Source: Mobula birostris
Taxonomy: Eukaryota
NCBI RefSeq assembly: GCF_030028105.1
Contig: NC_092384.1
Span: forward strand, 3,515,665 to 3,579,664
Length of the DNA stretch: 64,000 nucleotides
Direction of reading: 5' to 3'
In this document: positions 55,701-64,000 of the stretch, piece after piece
How the letters are laid out: the number at the start of each line of letters is the position of its first letter
Position numbering within the stretch: position 1 is the first letter of the stretch
Made by a program: the position numbers and the translations under genes
The notes under the pieces: model-generated
What the model saw: only the letters and a program-made list of their open reading frames with translations
Told to the model about the DNA's origin: nothing
Databases searched by the model: none

Positions 55701-58700
55701 TGAAATCCAGGAACATTGAGAATCCATTCCTGCCCTGGTGCCAGCCAAGTCTCTGTAATGGCCACTACATCATAACTCCATGTATGTATCGAAATTCAGT
55801 TCATCACCTTTGTTCCTGATGCTTCAGGTGTTGTCTTACCGAGACCTTGACAACTGCAGTGGTACCTCCCTGCTGCTGTACTTGAATCCTGTTGCAATGA
55901 ATATCAGCATACCATTCGCCTTTTTCAACGCCTGCTGTACCTGCATGCCCACTTTCAATGACTGGTGTATAATGACACCCAGGTCTCGTTGCACCTCCCC
56001 CTTTCCTAATCGGCCACCATTCAGATAATAATCTGTTTTTCTGTTTTTGCCACCAAAGTAGATAACCTCACATTTATCCACATTGACTTACCTCTGTAAA
56101 TTTAAGGTGTTGTAATATCAGGTATTGTAATATATAATGTTTGGATTTCATTATTTCCTTAATAAACTGTTTCTTCCGTCATTCATTTTGCTGCTGTCTG
56201 ACAGTATGCGATTTTCCTCACCGGACGGGGTTCAGGTGTAACATTCACAGACAAGAACAGAACTCAGTGACTACCAAAACCTTGTAACCCCTCACTAGTG
56301 ACGAAACACTCGACCCCTCTATTTGGTTGTGTCAGAGGAAATTACTGCTTATTTAACACAATACGTTCTACCCCTATGTTCTAATTCTCTAAACCCGCTG
56401 AAAGTTCTGCGTCGCCTGAGCATAACACACCGTCACCCATGTGCTTGCCTTGTTTGAAACAAAGCCTTGCGGGAAACTTTGGTCGAGGCCTGCAAGATTG
56501 TTTTTTTGACGAAATCTCAAAATATTCCGTGATATTTCGTCATAACTACAACCCAAGCCTATGTAGAGCAAAGGCTTCCAATTCAAGAAAAAAAAATGGT
56601 GTCCACCCACTGTAAGCAGCAAGGCCATCGTTCCGGGGAAATAATTCAGCGATCCTACCCGGATGTCTGGTAAACATCCTGAATCTGCATACCTAGATGT
56701 TCTGTGGAAGATATTCATCAGAGGTTTTGCATAGCTCCAGAAGTTGCGGTAAACGTATATTTCCGGAATAAATAGCATTGCAGCAGGTAAAGGAATAAAC
56801 AAAAAAATGTTTGATGGACGCAGAGGATCGAGAACGCGTGATTGTGGAAGTCAGCATGTTGGACCATGCTGGAATGAGGGGCAAGCAGGGGAATGAAAAA
56901 TAATAAGTAACAGGAGGAATAAAATAAGCAGGAATTGCAGTAAGAGTGAAACAATAAAGCTAAAATTTTTAATTCTCTTGTGATCAGGACAGAATTTATA
57001 AAGCAAATCTGCCAAAGATACTATACCCTTTGCCATTATTTCAAATGAATCTGGTGAAATATTTATTTTAAAATGTTACAGATCATTATTTGTGTAATGT
57101 TTTGGACGCTACGTGTTTTTGATTTGTCTCTGAGGCTGCAGCAAGGTATGACAAAATGATGAAAACTCCCTGACGTTCAGAACGGAATATAAAGAAGGAT
57201 TTTTTTTTTCAGAGTAACATCGTTAACCTGCGGGAAAGACTGGAAAATAATATTGGAACAAAAAAGGAAAATACCGTCTTTTCTGGGGGAACATATTGCT
57301 GTAGCAATTTTCCAACTAGCTTGATGCAGTAATGCAGACATAAGGTGATAAGAGGGCACATAATTAAATAAAGGTTGCTTCCAGTACTGTAATGACAATG
57401 ATGACCAGAAATTGCGGGTTTCACTGCTGAGCAAAATAAATTATAAATTTCCCAGTGACAGCTTCGAAATGTATAACAAGGACATATCATCCCAAGGAGG
57501 GTTACAACCGTTAAATGTTTAGGAATTCTGAATTTAACAGGTATTTCTATTTTTTACATTCTTTGGACCAATCTTTTGTTAGACGTTGCATTGATTATGT
57601 GTACAATGCTCAATTGTGTGATTTAAAGTGTTTTGTCTTCCATCGTGAGCAAACATACTACCATTTATTTTACCGATCCCTGCCTCCAAGACAAACTTAT
57701 ATTACATGCTGTACCGCATTCACAACTGAAACTCGCAAAATGTCATGAAATCTTTCATATATTTATTATTATTAATATCACTGTTTTATTTTTACATGTT
57801 CTACTGTTTAACTGATTACTTAAGAACGTAAGAAATAGGAGCAGAAGAAGGCCATCTGGCCCCTAGAGCCTGCTCCGACATTCAATAAGATCACGGCTGA
57901 TCTGGTCATGGACTCATCTCCATACCTACCTGTCTTTTCTCCGTAATCGTTAATTTCCCTACTATACAAAATTTTTATCCAACCTTCTATAAAATCTGTT
58001 AACTGAGGTAGCCTCCACTGCTTCACTGGGCAGAGAATTGCACAGATTTAGCATTCTAAACTAAGTAATAAACTGTGTTTTTAAATAAAACAGAGAACAA
58101 ACTAGAACACGGTCAATACCACTAAAACCGTCTAGTGGTTCCTAATAGTTATTGACGGAGGAATTCATACAGTGCACGCTGCTGTGTATTTTTTTCAGAA
58201 TCAGAATGTGCGGCAGCGGATATGGTAGCTCACAGGACTAGAACCACAATCAGCGGCTTTTCAGACGGCCTTAGATCACCAGGACAATACCAATACGCGC
58301 TCACGATGCTGCTTGCAGTTCGTTGACTCCAGCCTTTATCACCATCATTCTTTCAGTCTGATTGATAAGCTATGGGTCTCTGTATCTCCCTCAGCAATTG
58401 GATTTTCGACTTGCTGACCTGAAGAAAACAATTTGTATCAATAACTCCTCCTCACTGAGGACCAACACTGGCGCATCTCTGGAATGTGCCCTTAGCCCAC
58501 TTATCTACTCTCTCTATATCCATGGCTATGTAGCTAGGCATAGCTAAAATGTCAGCAATAAATTTGGCAATGATACAACAATTGTTGGCAGAATCTCAGA
58601 TGGAAAGGGGAGGGCGTACAGCAGAGAGCGATATTAGCCAACTGAGTGGAGTTGCAGCAACGACCTTTCACTCAACGCAGTAAGACGAGAAAGTTGACTG

Positions 58701-60857
58701 AGGTCTTCAGAAACAGCAGGAGGAGGGATCATAAATCAATCCTCAAATTGGGAGAGAGAAGGCAATTTCAAGTTCCTGGGTGTCAATATCTCTGGGGAAC
58801 GAACCTGGCCCTAACAAATCGACGTTGCTATAATGTGGGCAAGTTAGTGGCTATATTTTTTTGGAAGTTTGAGGAGATTTGGTTTGTCACCTAAGACCCT
58901 CGGAAACGTCTAGGGATGTACCAGAAGAGCATTTTGACAGGTTGCATCACCGTCTGGCATGCTGGGGAGCGACTACTGTACCAGATCGAAAGAAGCTACA
59001 GTAAGTTATAAATGAGTTAGTTCTATCATGGGTGCTAGCATCCATAGTATCCAAGACATCTTCAAGGAGCAGTGTCTCTGGAGGACTGCCTTCATCATTA
59101 AGGACTTCCATTACCCAAGACATGTCCTCTTCTCATTATAACCCTAAGGAAGGAGGTGTGAAAGCGTGAAGACACACACTCAGCGATTCAAAGAAATCTT
59201 TCTTCCTCTCTGCTATCCGATCTCTCATGGATAATGAACCTATAAACACTACCTTACTGACATCAGCACTGGACTCCAAGGCCGGATTGTTCTGAGTTCA
59301 AACTCAGCCGGGTCCCAGCCTGGACAGCAGCAGTGTCTGCAGAGAACAAATGCCCGGCCATCTACTTTCATATCTGCCATGAATACCCTGTATACCCTTT
59401 GGTCCACGATGTCACGAAGAGTCGGACTCGACTTAAGGACTTAACAACTGAACAACAACTTTAAATGATTTTGCTGATTTTCTCTTTTTCCTATATTATT
59501 AGGTTGTATTTGCTTTATATTGTACTGCTGCCGGTACGTTAATAAATTTCACGACGTATCCCGTCGATGATTTTAGTCCTGATTCTGATTCTGATTATAA
59601 GTTAATTCTGTTTAGAAGTTCTCCATTCGCTAAATAGACATAACAAACATTTATTTATTTTTTTTTTCCATTTGCAAAGTGACAGACAGACTCGAGTTTA
59701 CAAATGAACTATTCTCGGGCTTTCCTAATGATGCCAGAGTATGCAACCGAGACATCGGTTGCAATTGATATTTGTACCCGGCTGGAAACCCGAGAAGCGG
59801 TTATTTGTTATATATGCTGACAAAACATTAGAACTTTTTCCAGAATCGTTTTGATATTCTGCAGGTAATCGCTGAATTCTTAACTTACGAAGGCCACGAC
59901 ATCATCTGTAACTCACAGGTCTACAATCGGATGAAATAATTTCAGTTAACACATGTAATATTCTATTTCAGTAATTGCCTAGCTACGGACTTAAAATCCT
60001 TCATTAGATATACATCCCAGAATTAAATTTCCAGATAAAAAAGGAGCATAATTTTTTTTTGAAATTAGAAAGCAATGTTCTTTCGGAGATTACACTGTTC
60101 CACCAACAGTAAACGGTGGTTATTCAAACCCGAAAGGAAGAATACTATTGTGGATAGTGTGGCAGTCCCTTGTTCTACTTTATCAATATATAACGCGCTC
60201 CGTTAAATGTAGTCGTTGCATTTGTCTAAGACACGCCGAGTGAGACTTACCGTGTACAATAACGTTCGTGCCACTGCCTTGGGAAAATTTTCTTGTCCAG
60301 TCTCTCACACTGCAATAATAGATTCCAGAGTCACCGAAGCTCACCCCGAGGATATGGAGTTCGGCAGAACCTTGCTCTGAAGTTATAATACTCATCCTTC
60401 TCTCTGCAGTGGCATCTATAAATTGTTTTTGTCCCCCTTTCCTCCAATAAGCATCCACCAGTGAGTTATGAGCGAAGATTGGGTAGGTGCAGTAAATTGA
60501 CACATTTTCACCCTCTGCCTTCGTCACCTGCTCAGGAATCTGGTTCACTGTGAACGAGGCCCTGCCAGCAACTGTCAGAATGAAAAACATTCGTTATCAG
60601 AGCATAATGATCGGCATTATTGACCAGAAAAAAAAACATATACTGTTACTGTAAACGAAAAAAGGTCAATTTCCTTGTGATTGAAGTAAATCAATTGTAA
60701 ATATCTAAACTGCGATTTACTAATCGAGCAAAAAGTACCTCATGAAGATATTCCCTGCCCCCACTCCGTTATTCAGCATTAACGAGAGAAGCGTATACAT
60801 ACCAGTGTAAGTAATCTGCAGGACTAAGATATACTGCAGCAAAGTAAATATTTGCAT
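40632..60857 (-). CDS. Gene B: complete 6-exon VJ-C1-TM-2xITIM inhibitory Ig-superfamily receptor (SIRP/NITR-like), 326 aa; join(60857..60803, 60571..60251, 49512..49234, 48029..47919, 47449..47403, 40799..40632)
   Basis: Manual splicing. All five introns are GT-AG with compatible phases (1,1,1,1,0). Exon lengths 55+321+279+111+47+168 = 981 nt = 326 codons plus TGA, with no internal stop. Domain order is leader, V, C1, TM, cytoplasmic tail with two ITIMs. Confidence 0.88.
40858..42775 (-). mobile_element. CR1 LINE RT and 3' end (gene B intron 5)
   Basis: NYRPVRLTSVVGK, DFQKAFDKVPH, GVPQGSELGP, KFADDTK, YSLEFRRMRGDL. Confidence 0.92.
42777..45660 (-). mobile_element. Young composite CR1 LINE (ORF1 esterase end, EN, RT with internal deletion, 3' tail)
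   Basis: Long open ORFs 42845-43480, 43420-44010 and 44227-44841; RT jumps from GEVQGDLG directly to LPKETVEASS; tail catagaaacatagaaa. Confidence 0.92.
45665..45860. mobile_element. Possible Tc1/mariner remnant
   Basis: ggggtgcccaaattttgca resembles Tc1 terminal repeats as I recall them; no partner TIR found. Confidence 0.3.
46830..47362 (+). mobile_element. Rex1-like LINE 3' end with (TATGAC)n tail
   Basis: ADTNRIKKLIRKASDVVG...STFSQ; aataaagtatgactatgactat. Confidence 0.82.
47403..47449 (-). CDS. Gene B exon 5, short cytoplasmic exon (V)VAENDENLSRYLENQ
   Basis: Strong polypyrimidine acceptor ctttttatttcctccag| and donor CAG|GTAAG. It is 47 nt and gives exactly the phase 1 to 0 change needed to join the TM exon to the ITIM exon. 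Confidence 0.8.
47919..48029 (-). CDS. Gene B exon 4, transmembrane exon (E)SRYQFILILTGALAACGVIILALLLLIRCCRVDRTE
   Basis: Not in the ORF track. Acceptor cttctattgcacacctcag|, donor GAAG|GTAAGA, phase 1-1, 111 nt. About 23 hydrophobic residues with no charge, followed by RCCR. Confidence 0.9.
49234..49512 (-). CDS. Gene B exon 3, Ig C1-set domain
   Basis: Acceptor tttttttaatcatttgcag|, donor TTGG|GTAAG. VPPTPLKIT...VTLTCTTAAFFPKDYELIWYKN...GLYLVSSSLNV...YTCQVFHESM carries the C1 hallmarks C-x4-F-x-P, W, and YTCxVxH. Confidence 0.95.
52444..56082 (-). mobile_element. Nested CR1-in-CR1: host copy at 52444-53000 and 55822-56082, inserted copy at about 53001-55820
   Basis: Host reading frame breaks at YCVQFW (52998) and resumes at 55822. 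The insert carries EN, RT and its own 3' tail, including a 309-aa ORF at 53069-53998. Confidence 0.88.
58330..59598 (+). mobile_element. Old Rex1-like LINE RT and 3' end with (ATTCTG)n tail
   Basis: TGASLECALSPLIYSLY, KFGNDTTIVG; cctgattctgattctgatt tail. Confidence 0.75.
59258..59459 (+). mobile_element. tRNA-derived SINE with RTE-type 3' tail
   Basis: B-box-like gagttcaaactc at about 59297; tail gtcacgaagagtcggactcgactt...gaacaacaac. Confidence 0.6.
60251..60571 (-). CDS. Gene B exon 2, Ig V-set domain with J-like G strand
   Basis: Acceptor ttttcattctgacag|, donor CACG|GTAAGT. Sequence FTVNQIPEQVTKAEGENVSIYC...YWRK...LHILGVSFGDSGIYYCSVRDWTRKFSQGSGTNVIVH has the canonical Cys, Trp, DxGxYxC and GxGT motifs. 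Confidence 0.95.
60803..60857 (-). CDS. Gene B exon 1, signal peptide MQIFTLLQYILVLQITYT
   Basis: ATG at 60857, hydrophobic 18-aa stretch, phase-1 donor ACTG|GTATGT, 231 nt upstream of the V exon acceptor. Confidence 0.8.
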
Positions 60858-60919
60858 TTTGAACAGAAGCAATAAAATCGAACAGTGGTAACTGTCTGGC
60901 AGCGGCTCAGTCAAATAAC

Positions 60920-61160
60920 ACAATGAAAGGAAGCTTTGAGGGTGCCTGATGGAAGTGCTGTTGCAACTGATGACTTTGTTTCAAATTACGTCACAACGGC
61001 GAACAAAAAAAACGTTTAAAGTTGCACGCTGGCTGGACGTATCTGATATTACAATCAGGTCAGAATTTCCATTGGCTTTCTCAGTTGTTATGAAACACAT
61101 TGAGAAATGGAAATCGAATGCGAGAGTAACACGGCGGAAAGATACACCGCTGTGGTTTCA
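60920..61160 (-). promoter_or_regulatory. Putative proximal promoter of gene B with ETS (GGAA) and RUNX-like sites
   Basis: AGGAAG at 60928-60933, GGAAGTG at 60951-60957 and TGTGGTT at 61151-61157, 70-300 nt upstream of the ATG. These short motifs can occur by chance and the TSS is unknown. Confidence 0.3.
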
Positions 61161-61423
61161 GTGTCTATTTGAAAAACCAAAAACCCATGCAGTCACAGCA
61201 TTAGAGTGAAAAGGAACAGGCAGAACAATTGAACCTAATACTTCTGCCTTCGTAGGAGCTCGCAGAAGCTTTAGATAAATAGTGTCGCATAAAGGATAAG
61301 TGCAAATGATAGAGGAAAAGGAAACTCTATCAAAAACTAAGAGGAAATAATGAGCCGAAAACTGATGAATCCAGACAGCTAATTGTCAAAATCCGGGCTT
61401 CCAAACGGATGTGGGGTGTGGGG

Positions 61424-61430
61424 GAGAGAA

Positions 61431-61508
<78 letters not shown>
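61424..61508 (+). repeat. (GA)n microsatellite about 570 nt upstream of gene B ATG
   Basis: About 40 GA units read directly. Confidence 0.98.
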
Positions 61509-61515
<7 letters not shown>

Positions 61516-63260
61516 AGGGATGAAGATAGTATACAAATTAATTTTTTATTATTTGTAGTTATCTGTTAGGCGGTGCAGACAGGGTTGTGCTAGGCGGTAT
61601 GGTGGGGTATAACATCCTTTGGTCTCCCCGAAGAGTTCAGTCAGTTTATAGCTTGGAGGTTTGTAAAAATAACATACGATTAGCGAATAATGTGAAGTAT
61701 TTATTAGGAGTTGCTTAATGCTTAGAATTCAAAAACTTAAAATACAGAGGCATGTTGGTAGGCGATGAGCAATGGATTGGGAACTGTGCCTTTGTTGAAC
61801 CGGAACCCAGGTATCTTTGTGCACACATCTCCAAAACCACAATTAAAGTAAACGACTGCATATCTTGGGATTTTGCGGGGCTTTGGTATGAGCGCAATGT
61901 TAAAAAATGCCGGAATTTCCATCGGTCCTTGATCTGTATACCTGAGGTAAAATGAGCGTAGTGAATATTCTCCAAACTGTTTTGTCGGGTCGTACATGTA
62001 GACATTGGCGAGGTATGCGAAGATTAAAGATTGCACAAGAGTCATTTAAGTATGGAATCATACAGCACCATGAAGAATCATACAGTATCATTCAGTTCGA
62101 CTCTTCCATGGCGACGGAGAGGCCTCACTTCGCTTGCGATTCACCCTCCAGGCCCTAAGATTTTCTCTGCTATCTTCCGCTTCCTGGGACGGCAAGATGA
62201 TATTCTCCAAGGTTAAGTAATAGTTATTGACATACTTAAGCGCAATACCGCACGAAACAGTGATAACTGAAATTTGGACTTTTCTGTAAAGACTAAATAG
62301 TGAAGTAAAATAGTTTTTTTTTGTAGCGGAGCTCAATGCACTATAATCTTGCTAAACTGAAGATACTCCAAGATGCTTATATCAGATACAGCACAATGAC
62401 TAAATTAACTTTTAAACTCGCAATCCGTGCGCTTAAGATGGCGCGCGATGTAGTCATGTTTATTGTAAAGCAGTAGTCCGACTGCTCAGGCACACGTCTG
62501 TTACTACAGACTGTCGATATTATGATTCCAGTAGTTGTCCAAGTAAATACAGGTCGATGTTATGGATGTGCTAACGAGGTGGAGGCGACATTTAAAAAGT
62601 GAGGAGGACCGTGCGGAAGTTTCTAGCAGGCTTGCGATATTGGGAGCATTCGCTTTTTTACTGCAGAGTGATGAAAGGTGTGAAGGGACAGAGGGACCTT
62701 GCGTTATACGTCCATATGCACCTGAGTGTTGCAGTGAATGTTGATTGGGTTGTTAGGAAGACGTATGGTGCGTTGCATTGTTCATTTTCATTAGTCAGGG
62801 GATAGAGCTTAAGAACTGCGAGATAATATTACAGTTCTTTATAATTCTGGTTAAATCACACTTAAAGTATTGTGTTCTCTTCTGATCATTTCATAATAAG
62901 AAGTACATGGAAACTCTCCAGTGGTTACAGGGGATATTGACCAGAATGTTACCTGAATTGAAGTACTGGTTCAGACGCTAGCCACACTGACTGTCTCAGC
63001 TTTGGTTTGCAAAATAAAGTTTGAAATTTCCTGAAAATTTTTCGGCGACTCCTTGTCATTTGTGAAATCACGACAGGGGCTAGTAGAAAGAAGACGTGAG
63101 GATGGAAAATGGATGGAGTGGAAAGTACCAGAGAGACATTTTGTAATGACCAATGAATGAAATGTTTGGAATCAACTGAGCTTGCCTGCTGTCTCAGGGC
63201 TGGGTGTGATTGCTCCGCACCACAGCCACCCCCTGTTCACCTTCACTGTACCTGCCCCAT

Positions 63261-64000
63261 ACTGACTGTAAAAGCTTTTATAGATATGTAAAAAGGAAAA
63301 GACTGGTAAAGACAAATGTAGGCACCTACAGACAGAAACAGGTGAATTGATTATGGGGAGCAAGGACATGGCAGACCAATTGAATAATTACATTTGTACT
63401 GTCTTCACTACGGAGGACATAAATAATCTTCCAGAAATAGTAGGGGACAGGGGGTCCAGTGAGATGGAGGAACTGAGCGAAATACATGTTAGTAGGGAAG
63501 TGGTGTTAGGTAAATTGAAGGGATTAAAGGCAGATAAATCCCCAGGGCCAGATGGTCTGCATTCCAGAGTGCTTAAGGAAGTAGCTCAAGAAATAGTGGA
63601 TGCATTAGTGATAATTTTTCAAAAGTCGTTAGATTCTGGACTAGTTCCTGAGGATTGGAGGGTGGCTAATGTAACCCCACTTTATAAAAAAGGAGGGAGA
63701 GAGAAACCGGGGAATTATAGACCGGTTAGCCTAAAGTCGGTGGTGGGGAAACTGCTGGAGTCAGTTATCAAAGATGTGATAACAGCACATTTGGAAAGCG
63801 GTGAAATCATCGGACAAAGTCGGCATGGATTTGTGAAAGGAAAATCATGTCTGACGACTCTCATAGAATTTTTTGAGGATGTAACTAGTACAGTGGATAG
63901 GGGAGAACCAGTGAATGTGGTATATTTGGATTTTCAAAATGCTTTTGACAAGGTCCCACACAGGAGATTAGTGTGCAACCTTAAAGCACACGGTATTGGG
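63261..64000 (+). mobile_element. Young CR1 LINE RT segment (runs off window)
   Basis: KSPGPDGLHSRVLKE, NYRPVSLKSVVGK, DFQNAFDKVPH; near-identical to 15938-16180 (+) and 43420-44140 (-). Confidence 0.92.

Noticed and set aside
56389-56802. 137-aa minus-strand ORF in gene B intron 2 as an extra exon or recombinase
   Set aside because: No Ig, integrase or transposase motifs recognised and no convincing splice pair.
60300-60315. Cryptic RSS heptamer (CAGTGTG) near YYC in gene B
   Set aside because: One mismatch, no nonamer at a 12/23 spacing seen, and explained by codon usage for C-S-V.

Overview
Vertebrate genomic DNA, almost certainly a cartilaginous fish and probably a batoid. The taxon is inferred from the repeat landscape (CR1, Rex1/Babar, Penelope, V-SINE-like, Gypsy), not from a database search. 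Most of the window is decayed transposons, and there is one N-gap (20183-20349). The ORF track splits and partly misses the main content: two paralogous, convergently oriented, non-rearranging Ig-superfamily receptor genes. Gene B (minus strand, 60857..40632) can be rebuilt completely as six exons with canonical GT-AG boundaries and matching phases: leader, V with germline-joined J motif, C1, uncharged TM, a short cytoplasmic exon, and a terminal exon with two ITIMs (326 aa, SIRP/NITR-like inhibitory receptor). Gene A (plus strand, <1..9252) has the same plan (V-J, C1, a 111-nt TM exon, a two-ITIM terminal exon). However, it has lost the F-strand Cys of its V domain, has an in-frame TAG just before the TM helix, and has an unresolved phase in the cytoplasmic exons, so it is a pseudogene or a soluble/decoy variant. 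Both V domains are unusually compact (Trp to second-Cys position = 44 aa), which recalls IgNAR V domains lacking C''/CDR2.
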